Assembly: GCA_002413785.1 (NCBI GenBank)
Contig: DHXR01000052.1
Location: forward strand, 7,380 to 71,379
DNA: 64,000 bases
Direction: 5' to 3'
Source: Mucilaginibacter sp. UBA5151
GTDB taxonomy: Bacteria > Bacteroidota > Bacteroidia > Sphingobacteriales > Sphingobacteriaceae
This document shows positions 37,837-47,505 of this stretch, one piece after another; within the stretch, counting starts at the first letter, position 1, and each line of letters starts with the position of its first letter. Under the pieces are notes generated by a model, which worked only from the letters and a program-made list of their open reading frames with translations, did not search any database and was not told where the DNA came from. The translations under genes and the position numbers were made by a program.

Positions 37837-39003
37837 ATGAGTAAAACAATATTGGTACTTGGTGCAGGTACAGGTGGCATTATTACCGCAAAGGAATTAA
37901 GCAGGGAAGCAGGTAAAGGCAGTGGGGTTAACCCTGTAAAAATTATTGTCTTTGAAAAAGAAGAAAAGAATGTTTTTGCCCCCTCGTTGCTTTGGTTGAT
38001 GGTAGGAAAAAGAAAACCTGAGCAGATTTACAGAAGCACTAATAAAATTGCGGGTTCTGGAATTGAGGTGGTACCCGGTGTAATTGAAAAAGTAAATCCG
38101 GAAGCAATTTCAGTCACAGTCAGGGGCAAAGAATACAAAGGCGATTACATGGTAATCTCGTTGGGTGTGGAACAAGTGGCGGAGCACAATCTGGATAACT
38201 TTGCACAGGATTTTTATACTCTTGAAGGAGCAAAAATATTTAACGAACAACTCCAAAAGTTTGAAGGCGGCAAAATTGCCGTGGTCATTCCTTCATTGCC
38301 TTTTAAATGTCCTGCCGCACCATACGAAGCGGCAATGCTTATAGAGGCGTTTATCCGCAAAAAAGGATTGCGTAATAAAACGGAGATTTCACTTTACACT
38401 CCGGAGCCGGGGCCTATGGCTGTTGCAGGAAAAGAACTGTCGGGGGCGGTAAAACAAATTGTGGAAAGCAAAAATATTCACTATTTCCCCTTACACCAGT
38501 TAATAGCAGCAACAGAAAATACACTGACTTTCAGGCTCGCCTCCGGCGAAACTAAAACAACAGCATTTGATTTGCTTGCTTACACCCCAAAGCATCAGTG
38601 TCCTTCGGTAATTAAAGAAACTGCACTGGTTGGAAAATCAGGTTGGATTGAAGTTGACAGAAACACGATGGAAACAGCCTTTCTCAATGTATATGCTATT
38701 GGTGACATCACTCATATTCCACTTGAGATGGGCAAGCCGTTGCCCAAAGCAGGTGTATTTGCTCACTATCAGGCAGCAATAGTTGCTCATAACATAGCAA
38801 AGAAAATTGAGGGGGAAATACCGGATAAAATATTTAATGGTGAAGGGCAATGTTTCCTTGAATTGGGTGATGGTAAAGCAGGTTATGCCGGTGGTGATTT
38901 TTATGGTTCACCTTTGCCAAATGTCAAAATGAAAAAGCCGGGCTATTGGTGGCATTGGACCAAAGTATTTTTTGAAAAATACTGGTTCTTTAAATATTTC
39001 TAA
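37837..39003 (+). CDS. Sulfide:quinone oxidoreductase-like flavoprotein
   Basis: GAGTGG, FKCPAAPYE, YAIGD, PKAGVFA, GQCFLE. Confidence 0.85.
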   Translation: MSKTILVLGAGTGGIITAKELSREAGKGSGVNPVKIIVFEKEEKNVFAPSLLWLMVGKRKPEQIYRSTNKIAGSGIEVVPGVIEKVNPEAISVTVRGKEYKGDYMVISLGVEQVAEHNLDNFAQDFYTLEGAKIFNEQLQKFEGGKIAVVIPSLPFKCPAAPYEAAMLIEAFIRKKGLRNKTEISLYTPEPGPMAVAGKELSGAVKQIVESKNIHYFPLHQLIAATENTLTFRLASGETKTTAFDLLAYTPKHQCPSVIKETALVGKSGWIEVDRNTMETAFLNVYAIGDITHIPLEMGKPLPKAGVFAHYQAAIVAHNIAKKIEGEIPDKIFNGEGQCFLELGDGKAGYAGGDFYGSPLPNVKMKKPGYWWHWTKVFFEKYWFFKYF

Positions 39004-39016
39004 TTAATAATAAAAA

Positions 39017-39370
39017 ATGAAAATCTTAATTATCATCAACGATGCGCCTTATGGGAGCGAAAAAGCATACAATGCATTGCGCATAGCAAATCAGCTTAAC
39101 AAAGAATACGCTGATATTGAGGTCAGAATTTTCCTGATGGCAGATGCCGCCAATTGTGCCATTGCCAACCAAACAACTCCAAATGGCTACTACAATATTG
39201 AACGTATGCTGAAGTTAGCTGTAAATAAAGGGACTAAGGTAAAAATTTGTGGAAGCTGTGCCGAAGCAAGAGGATTGAAAAATATACCATTGGTTGAGGG
39301 TGCAGAAATCAGCACCCTTGCCGAACTTACGAACTGGGTGGTTGACAGTGATAAAGTTTTAACTTTCTAA
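39017..39370 (+). CDS. DsrE/YchN family sulfur relay protein
   Basis: APYGSEKAYNALR, FLMADA, ICGSC...RG. Confidence 0.88.
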   Translation: MKILIIINDAPYGSEKAYNALRIANQLNKEYADIEVRIFLMADAANCAIANQTTPNGYYNIERMLKLAVNKGTKVKICGSCAEARGLKNIPLVEGAEISTLAELTNWVVDSDKVLTF

Positions 39371-39781
39371 GAAAAGGCGAGGGAAAGAAAAGAAAAAAAA
39401 ATAGTTCCACTGCTGCCGCAAGCGTCCTCGCTTGTGGCCCGCATGCCAGATAAGCGCAATGCACTGCCGCCCTTGCATTTACCACTTGGCTTTAACGTTT
39501 TTTATGTCTTAATCAGTAATCACCTGCCACCTCCGCGTGGCATATCGGCGACCAATCATGCGGGGCAAAGGTCTATGCGCCATGCATCGCCAACTGCACG
39601 GTGAACTATTCCACCGGCAAACATTCGCCAGCCCTGCCCACCGTGGTTCGACAAGCTCACCATGACAGCTTTTTTTGTCATTCCTACTTAAGAATTTCAC
39701 GAAATTTCACCACTCGCAATGACGATTCGTTAGATTATTGTCAATCAACCTGTTGTGGGAATACATAGTGCTCCGTACTTA

Positions 39782-40513
39782 TTATTTACCGCCATTTGCT
39801 TTCAGGTCAGCAATGCAATTTGCATCAAGGGATGGGACGGCGCTTATTATATCAGTGAACCCTGCTTCAACATTATAATACATCAAGCAGTCCGGATTGC
39901 TGCAGTGGGCGCCATTGGCTGGGTCTCTATGATTGGTCAGCATTGGTGAACCCTGGTCTACCAATCCCATCAAATGTCCAAATTCATGTTCCAGGATTGT
40001 TGTTAACAGTACTGATCTGCTAACGTCGCCAGGCTGATCTGTATTATCATCTATTGGTTTACCAAATACACAGAAAGACGTGTTCCAGTAGGAAATAGCC
40101 AAAATATTATTGCCCGAATAATAACCATTCGTTATCAACACATACACGCTGATGACATCATTTCCTGTAAAATAGTTGCGGTAGCTTCGTTCTATGTTTA
40201 CAATATTATTTAAAGATGAAACAGACAAGCTGCTTGGTCCAATCTCTTCTTGTATTATGTTAATCCCACTGGGCTTATTGATGCGGCTGTTTAAAAACGT
40301 AACCAGATTATTTAACGCCGAAGCATCGGGTGCATAACCCGGCATATATTGTATTTCTATTTGTAATGAGGGGTATTTCGCGGAGGATAACAGATCATGG
40401 GCTGAAGCGCCAAGCGTCCGGTAATCGAAAAAACCTTCAGCCTGTTCCTTTTTGCAGGATCCGGAAATAAAAAAAACACAAAAAAGATAATAAAGTATAA
40501 AATTTCTCCTCAC
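39782..40513 (-). CDS. Zinc metalloprotease-like lipoprotein
   Basis: Lipobox SGSC; HEFGHLMGL, AHC...CLMY. Confidence 0.75.
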   Translation of the reverse strand: MRRNFILYYLFCVFFISGSCKKEQAEGFFDYRTLGASAHDLLSSAKYPSLQIEIQYMPGYAPDASALNNLVTFLNSRINKPSGINIIQEEIGPSSLSVSSLNNIVNIERSYRNYFTGNDVISVYVLITNGYYSGNNILAISYWNTSFCVFGKPIDDNTDQPGDVSRSVLLTTILEHEFGHLMGLVDQGSPMLTNHRDPANGAHCSNPDCLMYYNVEAGFTDIISAVPSLDANCIADLKANGGK

Positions 40514-40651
40514 GGTTGCTTTATTGTATGTATAAAGATAACAAATAATTCGATGGATGTTAATGATTTGTGCTCACGAAAGCCCGTCGTTTAAAAACAA
40601 TAAAGCCGGGCTGCTTTAAGGCCCGGCTTTATATCAGAAAAAATACATAAC

Positions 40652-41593
40652 TTAATTACAGGTGTGATCACCTTTATTTATACCGCTTATAAGTGTCTTA
40701 AAGGCAATACCAGCTGAAGTATTAGCTCTAGGAGTAGCTAAAAAGGCAGTGCCGTATGGAGGGAGCAGGGGTACACCTGAAACACCGCCTATATAAGCAT
40801 TAGCAGTGTTTAACCCAGTCTGGTCATACACGGCTCCTGATATCTGGTTTAAATATGCAGGTATTAATTGACTTGCCACAGCTAATAAACCGTTTCCTTG
40901 AACAGGCGCCCACAAAATTTGCTGACATTGCAGATAAGTATAAGAATTGGTTCCTATTGTCAGGCTGGTTGTAGCATCAACATACCCGGGCCAAAGGCTA
41001 ACGTCTGTATTCATATAGTAACCCTGACCACCATGTATACAGGCAGCTGTAGGACAATCAAGCGTTGAAGCTGTCAATATGTTCGACCATAGGCTTTTAT
41101 TCTTCTTACTATCCCCATGAGCGAAAGCCCTGAAAACATAGGCCGTACCGCAAGTCAGATCGCCCGGGCAATTTGTGGAAGCTCCATTGTCCAATAAGAG
41201 ATCTCCGATCGTTACTGTAACAGATCCTCCGGCAGCCAGGTTATAATTTGATGCAAACGCCTTGCCTGAAAACGAGGCCTTACAAAATTGTGTTGTATCT
41301 AAAGGCCAAACATCATTAATAGCATCAAACTGTGCTTTTGTCATCCATTGAATCGAAAAACCCGCAGGCGCCCCAGTCCCGGGAGTAGGCATAGTAACAG
41401 TAATGTCAATTGATTGAAGGGTAGCAACGCCGGCTGATAATATGGGCGTATCATACATGCCCGCACTTTTGCCACCTGAAGCATCACTGGTAACAGTGGG
41501 GCTTTTGTGCGCGTCTTTTTTACAGCCGTAAAATACCAGGGCTGCAAGGCCTGCAACCAGCAGGGCTGATAAGAGAAATTTGTAAGGTTTCAT
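40652..41593 (-). CDS. Hypothetical lipoprotein
   Basis: Lipobox FYGC; Cys-containing Ig/FN3-like middle region; GQGYY...GNGLLAVASQLIPAYLN C-terminal domain. Confidence 0.75.
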   Translation of the reverse strand: MKPYKFLLSALLVAGLAALVFYGCKKDAHKSPTVTSDASGGKSAGMYDTPILSAGVATLQSIDITVTMPTPGTGAPAGFSIQWMTKAQFDAINDVWPLDTTQFCKASFSGKAFASNYNLAAGGSVTVTIGDLLLDNGASTNCPGDLTCGTAYVFRAFAHGDSKKNKSLWSNILTASTLDCPTAACIHGGQGYYMNTDVSLWPGYVDATTSLTIGTNSYTYLQCQQILWAPVQGNGLLAVASQLIPAYLNQISGAVYDQTGLNTANAYIGGVSGVPLLPPYGTAFLATPRANTSAGIAFKTLISGINKGDHTCN

Positions 41594-42095
41594 AATGTTA
41601 AAAATTTTAAAGGGTAAAGTATTAGCGTTTAACTATTTATTTTAGGTTAATTTATTTAGTAAAATACTGGCAGTGAATGATATATTCAACAACAATTATA
41701 CCTTTGAACTCCCTTGTTTAATGCCCCCCCTTTTTTTTATTTAAGCTGTGTGATATCCTGAACGTTTTACGTAAAAGGAAATTATTCTAACTTAGAATAT
41801 CGCCATCTTAATCCAAATAATGGTTTTTAATTATTAAATAATCTATAATAGATTAAGCAACTATTTGGCTTTTTTACAAATTAAATTGGGGATTACGGAG
41901 CCGGGTAATAAGTTCCCCGGAATTTAGGGCAATAAATTCCCCAAATTGGCCAAATGCAGAGTAGCAGGTAGGGTTTATGAAAGCCATTGATTGCCTGTAA
42001 GTTAATTAATTACTCGCAATGACGCTTTGTTAAGTGTCGTTCTGCCAAATAAAATTCCGTCCAGCCTCATTATTTTCAAAAAAATAAAATTTTCT

Positions 42096-42126
42096 TTTGA
42101 TAAATTCATTTTAACCTGTACATTTA
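42096..42126 (+). promoter_or_regulatory. Putative housekeeping promoter of the aro operon
   Basis: TTTG (42096-42099), 19 nt, TACATTTA (one mismatch to TAnnTTTG). Confidence 0.45.
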
Positions 42127-42143
42127 CGCCGTAAACAAAAACA

Positions 42144-42209
42144 ATGAAATTCAACAATGCATATTTTTATGGTTACTACTTTTACTTTACCAGTAAGAGC
42201 CGGGACTAA
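42144..42209 (+). CDS. Tyr/Phe-rich attenuator leader peptide (21 aa)
   Basis: MKFNNAYFYGYYFYFTSKSRD*; residues 7-15 are 5 Tyr and 3 Phe; A-rich Bacteroidota-type initiation context. Confidence 0.85.
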   Translation: MKFNNAYFYGYYFYFTSKSRD

Positions 42210-42237
42210 TATGCATCAAAAACATATAAAGAAACTG

Positions 42238-42267
42238 AAAAGTCCCGGCCAAAAACCGGGACTTTTT
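42238..42267 (+). terminator. Attenuator terminator hairpin
   Basis: AAAAGTCCCGG-CCAAAAA-CCGGGACTTTTT; its 5' arm is complementary to leader bases 42199-42207. Confidence 0.85.
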
Positions 42268-42283
42268 GCATTAAAGGTGATTT

Positions 42284-43192
42284 ATGAAAACTGATAAACC
42301 AAGAGTTGCCATACAAGGGATCCGCGCTTCCTTCCACGAAGAAGCGGCGCTGAAATATTTCGGCGAAGATATCCATACCATTGAATGCAACTCTTTTAAG
42401 CAAACGTTTGAGGCTTTACAAAAAAAAGAAGCCGACTATGTGGTGATGGCTATAGAAAACAGCATTGCAGGCAGCATTTTGCCCAACTATTCGCTGTTGC
42501 TCAGTTACGCATTTCCTGTGGTTGGCGAAATTTACCTGCCTATACAACTGCATTTAATGGCTTTACCGGGCGTAAAGTTTGATGATGTAAAATATGTCAC
42601 CTCCCACCCTATTGCCATCCGCCAGTGTGTTGATTTTTTTGACGAATACCCCCACCTTAAAATCATCGAAAGCAATGATACCGCCGCCTGCGCCAAACGC
42701 ATCCGCGATGAACAGCTTACAGATACCGTTGCCATCGCAAACACCCTGGCTGCAAGGCTGTACGGACTTGACGTTCTGGAACGCCGCATAGAATCGAACA
42801 AGAAAAACTTTACCCGTTTCCTGATCCTCACCCATCACGAAAACGTGACTAAAAAACAGCCAAACAAAGCTTCCTTATGCTTCGAGGTAAGCAATAAGGT
42901 TGGCGCGCTGGCCAAGGTGCTCAATATTTTTTCCGAGGAAGGCGTTAATATGAGCAAAATACAATCCATGCCTGTTTTGGGCAAACGGAACGAATATAAT
43001 TTTTATGTGGACATTGAATGGGATGAAGCCCGTCAGTATGATACCGCCATCAGGAAAATCCTTAAATACACCCATAATTTTAATATCCTGGGCGAATATG
43101 AAAGGCATGTTGACGAAGGTGATATTGCACCAAAGCCCGCAAAGAATGAAAAAATACCGAGGAAATATATTAATATAAAGAAAATGGGATGA
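42284..43192 (+). CDS. pheA: Prephenate dehydratase with ACT domain
   Basis: QGIRASFH, IENSIAG, SHPIA, NFTRF, KIQSMP. Confidence 0.93.
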   Translation: MKTDKPRVAIQGIRASFHEEAALKYFGEDIHTIECNSFKQTFEALQKKEADYVVMAIENSIAGSILPNYSLLLSYAFPVVGEIYLPIQLHLMALPGVKFDDVKYVTSHPIAIRQCVDFFDEYPHLKIIESNDTAACAKRIRDEQLTDTVAIANTLAARLYGLDVLERRIESNKKNFTRFLILTHHENVTKKQPNKASLCFEVSNKVGALAKVLNIFSEEGVNMSKIQSMPVLGKRNEYNFYVDIEWDEARQYDTAIRKILKYTHNFNILGEYERHVDEGDIAPKPAKNEKIPRKYINIKKMG

Positions 43193-43371
43193 AAAGAAGT
43201 CCGGAAGGAGCTGCAGCTAAAAGAGGTTGCAGCTAAAGTCTCCCCCTACCGGGGGAGATTTAGAGGGGGCTGGGCAGTCACCAGATAAACGAAAACAAAT
43301 TAAACATAGAGCTAATAACATAAACAAAACAACAATTAACCTTCCGGACTTTCGGACTACAAAAAAAAACG

Positions 43372-44499
43372 ATGAAACTAAATTTAAACATACAACCGCT
43401 TAGCTCCTGGATAAAAACAGGCAGCGAACCATTATTGATTGCCGGCCCATGCAGCGCCGAATCAGAAGACCAATTAGTTGCTACGGCGCATTTACTGGCA
43501 AAAACAGGCAAAGTATCGGCATTACGTGCCGGCATCTGGAAACCACGTACCCGTCCGGGTGAGTTTGAAGGCATTGGCAGTATTGGTTTGGAATGGCTTA
43601 AACGCGCCAAAGAAGAAACCGGCCTGCCCACCACCGTTGAAGTAGCCAACGCCAAACACGTGGAAGAAGCTTTAAAAGCAGGTGTTGACATTTTATGGGT
43701 TGGCGCGCGCTCAACCGTAAACCCTTTTACTGTTCAGGAAATTGCCGACGCCCTGCGTGGTGTTGATATCCCGGTGATGGTAAAAAACCCGGTAAACCCT
43801 GATCTTTCCTTATGGATCGGCGCCCTGGAGCGTATCAACAATGCAGGCATCACCAAACTGGCAGCTATTCACCGCGGCTTCTCCTCACACGAAAAAAGCG
43901 CTTTCCGCAATGAGCCTATGTGGGACTTAGCCATCAGCCTGAAAACACATGCACCTGAATTGCCAATCATTTGCGACCCAAGCCATATTTCGGGTAACCG
44001 CGACCTGATCGGGTACATCTCACAAAAAGCGCTTGACCTTGACATGCAGGGCTTGATGATAGAATCGCACATTGATCCAAGCGTGGCCTGGACCGATGCC
44101 AAACAACAGGTTACCCCTGATGCTTTAGCCGAAATTATTGAGCACTTAACCCTGCGCAAACCTGAATTCCGCAATGCCGAGTTAAAGGACAAACTGGCTG
44201 AATTACGTAACCAGATTGATAAAATTGACGACCTGGTGATTCAGAAAATGGCAGAACGCATGAAAATTGTTGAGCAGATAGGCAACTACAAAAAGGATAA
44301 CAACGTCACCATTTTGCAGGTTAACCGTTGGGACGAAATATTGCAGAAACGCACCAATTATGCCAAAGCCTTAAAATTAAGTCCTGAGTTTACCGAAAAA
44401 TTACTGGAACTGATACACAGCGAATCTATCCGTAAACAAACAGAGATTATGAATAAGGATGCAGCAGGACAAGCGGCTGAAAAATTAACACACGCGTAA
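43372..44499 (+). CDS. Bifunctional DAHP synthase / chorismate mutase
   Basis: IAGPCSAE, WKPRTRPG, VGARST, DPSH, GLMIESH; C-terminal LRNQIDKID chorismate mutase domain. Confidence 0.93.
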   Translation: MKLNLNIQPLSSWIKTGSEPLLIAGPCSAESEDQLVATAHLLAKTGKVSALRAGIWKPRTRPGEFEGIGSIGLEWLKRAKEETGLPTTVEVANAKHVEEALKAGVDILWVGARSTVNPFTVQEIADALRGVDIPVMVKNPVNPDLSLWIGALERINNAGITKLAAIHRGFSSHEKSAFRNEPMWDLAISLKTHAPELPIICDPSHISGNRDLIGYISQKALDLDMQGLMIESHIDPSVAWTDAKQQVTPDALAEIIEHLTLRKPEFRNAELKDKLAELRNQIDKIDDLVIQKMAERMKIVEQIGNYKKDNNVTILQVNRWDEILQKRTNYAKALKLSPEFTEKLLELIHSESIRKQTEIMNKDAAGQAAEKLTHA

Positions 44500-44502
44500 T
44501 TC

Positions 44503-44615
44503 GCCTCACCCTGCCCTCTCTCCGAAGGAGTCCGGAGTCCTTCGGACCAAAGGAGAGGGTTTTTAAAAAAGAGCGAAGTTTAAGTCCTCTCCTTTGGAGA
44601 GGATTTAGGTGGGGC
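44503..44615. repeat. REP doublet with nested GGAGTCC...GGAC palindrome
   Basis: Same family as 33247-33354. Confidence 0.8.
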
Positions 44616-44678
44616 CTCGCAGGTTAAAAAAAAAGCGAAGTTTAAGTCCTCTCCTTTGAAGAGGATTCAAAAAAGGGG

Positions 44679-44789
44679 TGTCATGGTGAGGCACTCGAAC
44701 CATGTGGGGTGGCCTGTACGGCTTTGCATAGCCGTTATTGCATTGACGTTGTGCCTTTGCGCACATGGTTCGAGTGCCTCACCATGACA
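44679..44789. mobile_element. 111-bp MITE/REPIN, inverted copy of 29863-29972
   Basis: Identical 26-bp arms and a highly similar interior. Confidence 0.85.
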
Positions 44790-44825
44790 CCCAAAGCTAC
44801 AGGGAAAATACCTATATAATAAATA

Positions 44826-46160
44826 ATGAAGCATAACATCATCCTTACCAAAAAAAGCAAATCAGTAAAGGGTACCGTACACCTCACCGGTTCAAAAAGT
44901 GAATGTAACCGCGCCCTTATTATTGAAGCGCTGAGCAACGGTAAAGTAAAGGTTGAGAATATTTCGGATGCCGCGGATACGGTGACGCTCGCAGGTATCC
45001 TGCGGGCAGAGGTTAGAGATAAGAGATTAGAGATTAGTCAAACAAATAATTCCGGGGTTAATCCCCTAAGCTCTAATCTCCAATCTCCAATCTCTGAAAT
45101 CAACATCGGTCCTGCCGGCACGGCTATGCGCTTTTTAACGGCTTACTTCACTTTACAGCCTGCCTGCCGGACAGGCAGGGATGAAGAAGTGATTTTAACC
45201 GGCAGTGAACGCATGAAACAACGTCCGATAGGAATTTTGGTGGATGCTTTACGCGAACTGGGCGCGCATATTGAATACGTTGAAAACGAGGGTTTTCCCC
45301 CTATCAAATTGAAAGGCAGTCTGGAGCAGCTTTCTAATAAGGTCAGTATAAAAGGAAATATAAGCAGTCAGTACATCACTGCGCTATTGCTTATAGCTGC
45401 CCGGCTGCCTTTTGGTTTGGAATTAAATATTGAAGGAGAACTTACTTCGCGCCCTTATGTGGAGATGACACTGGCCATGCTGCAAACCGCAGGGATACAG
45501 CATACCTGGGAAGGCAATACCATCAGCATAAAACACCAGGAATTTACGCCAACCTTGTTGCATGTGGAACCGGATTGGAGCGCGGCTTCTTATTGGTACG
45601 CCATTGCAGCTTTGGCTGATGAAGCCGAATTGTTTTTACCAGGCTTAACGCAATACAGCCTGCAGGGCGACAGCGTGATCACGGAGATTATGGCTAATTT
45701 TGGCATCACCTCGCAGTTTAAAGATGGCGGTGTTTATTTACAGAAGGAAGTAAAACCGGTTATCCGCAAAATATTCGATCTGAAAGAATGTCCCGACCTG
45801 GCCCAAACCATCATCGTGGTATGCGCTGCATTAGGCCATGAAGCTACCTTTACAGGATTAGAAACTTTAAAGATCAAGGAAACCGACCGCATAAAGGCCC
45901 TGCAAAATGAGCTGGCAAAAATCGGCGTTAAGCTAATTGAAAAAGGACAGGTTTATAAACTGGATTGCAGCGAAAAATTCATCCCCGAACGTATATTTGT
46001 AAACACCTATGACGATCACCGCATGGCAATGGCCTTTGCGCCGCTGGCCCTGCTGATAAACGAAGTAGAAATTGAAGATGCGCAGGTAGTTGAAAAATCG
46101 TACCCCGCATTTTGGAAGGATTTGGAGAAGGTGGGATTTGAGGGAGAGATTAGAGGTTAG
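44826..46160 (+). CDS. aroA: EPSP synthase with two repeat-derived in-frame insertions
   Basis: GSKSECNR, GPAGTAMR, RMKQRP, SSQY, KETDR, DDHRMAM, KSYP. Confidence 0.96.
   Translation: MKHNIILTKKSKSVKGTVHLTGSKSECNRALIIEALSNGKVKVENISDAADTVTLAGILRAEVRDKRLEISQTNNSGVNPLSSNLQSPISEINIGPAGTAMRFLTAYFTLQPACRTGRDEEVILTGSERMKQRPIGILVDALRELGAHIEYVENEGFPPIKLKGSLEQLSNKVSIKGNISSQYITALLLIAARLPFGLELNIEGELTSRPYVEMTLAMLQTAGIQHTWEGNTISIKHQEFTPTLLHVEPDWSAASYWYAIAALADEAELFLPGLTQYSLQGDSVITEIMANFGITSQFKDGGVYLQKEVKPVIRKIFDLKECPDLAQTIIVVCAALGHEATFTGLETLKIKETDRIKALQNELAKIGVKLIEKGQVYKLDCSEKFIPERIFVNTYDDHRMAMAFAPLALLINEVEIEDAQVVEKSYPAFWKDLEKVGFEGEIRG
45008..45095. repeat. Heptamer-arm inverted-repeat element inside aroA
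   Basis: Left arm 26/30 identical to 11985-12014; right arm 45066-45095. Confidence 0.85.
45159..45179. repeat. 21-bp palindrome inside aroA, encoding PACRTGR
   Basis: CCTGCCTG-CCGGA-CAGGCAGG, exactly 7 codons. Confidence 0.85.
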
Positions 46161-46274
46161 AGATTGGAGATTAGAAGGAGCCTGATCTCCAGGCCCTAAA
46201 AAAACCAATGACACAATGACTAATGACAAAAAAATCGGTGCAATCATAAAAAAATCGGTGTAATCACAAAAAAT

Positions 46275-47369
46275 ATGGCAGGCAATTCATTCGGGCAAAT
46301 ATTCAGGATAACAACTTTTGGCGAGTCGCATGGCGAAGCTATCGGTGTAATTATTGACGGCTGTCCGGCGCAACTGGAGGTTGATCTGGATTATATCCAG
46401 GGCGAACTGGACAAACGCAAACCGGGGCAGTCGAAAATTACTACGCAGCGTAAGGAAAGCGATACGGTAAAAATTCTTTCCGGTGTTTTTGAGGGCAAAA
46501 CCACGGGCACCCCAATTGCCATGCTGATACCCAATGAGGACCAGCGCTCAAAAGATTATACCCATAATGTGGATGTGTTCCGTCCATCGCATGCGGATTA
46601 TACCTATCAAACAAAATATGGCATCCGCGACCATCGCGGCGGCGGCCGTTCATCAGCCCGCGAAACCGCGGCCCGTGTTGCAGCAGGCGCCCTGGCGAAA
46701 TTGCTGCTCAAAACACAGGGCATAGAAATTGTGGCCCATGTAAGCAGCGTTGGAAAAATAAACGCTCCGAATGTGGAGATCAATGATGCATTGGCTTTTA
46801 TCGGCGAACGCGAAAAAAACATCGTCCGCTGCGCCGATGCCGCAACGGCCGTAGAAATGATTGAATATATCGACGGCATCCGTAAAAAGGGTGACACCGT
46901 TGGCGGCAAAATAAGCTGCTATATTACAAACTGCCCGGTCGGCCTCGGCGAACCTGTATTTGACAAACTGCACGCCGAATTGGGCAAAGCCATGCTGAGC
47001 ATTAACGCGGTTCATGGCTTTGAATATGGCTCCGGCTTTGCAGGAAGTGAAATGCTCGGGTCGGAACATAACGACATATTTGTTAAAAGCCATTTGGGCG
47101 ATATAGAAACCCTCACCAATTTTTCGGGCGGCATACAGGGTGGTATCAGCAACGGTATGCCTATTGAGTTTAAAGTGGCATTTAAACCGGTAGCTACCAT
47201 TATGCAAAGCCAGGCTACGGTTGATAGCGAAGGCAATGCCGCCGAAATATCGGGCAAAGGCCGTCATGATCCCTGCGTAGTGCCGCGTGCCGTGCCTATC
47301 GTAGAGGCAATGGCCGCTTTGGTTTTGGCAGATCATTGGCTGAGGAACAGGACTACCAGGCTGAGGTGA
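46275..47369 (+). CDS. aroC: Chorismate synthase
   Basis: [33 protein letters not shown]. Confidence 0.98.
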   Translation: MAGNSFGQIFRITTFGESHGEAIGVIIDGCPAQLEVDLDYIQGELDKRKPGQSKITTQRKESDTVKILSGVFEGKTTGTPIAMLIPNEDQRSKDYTHNVDVFRPSHADYTYQTKYGIRDHRGGGRSSARETAARVAAGALAKLLLKTQGIEIVAHVSSVGKINAPNVEINDALAFIGEREKNIVRCADAATAVEMIEYIDGIRKKGDTVGGKISCYITNCPVGLGEPVFDKLHAELGKAMLSINAVHGFEYGSGFAGSEMLGSEHNDIFVKSHLGDIETLTNFSGGIQGGISNGMPIEFKVAFKPVATIMQSQATVDSEGNAAEISGKGRHDPCVVPRAVPIVEAMAALVLADHWLRNRTTRLR

Positions 47370-47432
47370 AAGGTATCTTTAAAATCAGTAAGATTTGTCA
47401 ACTTTTAAAAAGTTGACAAATCTATCCCCACT

Positions 47433-47480
47433 CATCCGCACATCTGCATATCTGCACATCTGCACATCTGCACATCTGCA
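47433..47480. repeat. Six tandem CATCTGCA octamers
   Basis: Two units carry one substitution; ends about 10 bp before the TATCTTTG promoter motif. Confidence 0.9.
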
Positions 47481-47505
47481 CATTTAATAATATCTTTGTT
47501 CAACA

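Noticed and set aside
41600-42090. Riboswitch or ncRNA in the long AT-rich intergenic region
   Set aside because: No recognisable conserved motif or convincing stem; only a REP-like remnant (CTCGCAATGACG).
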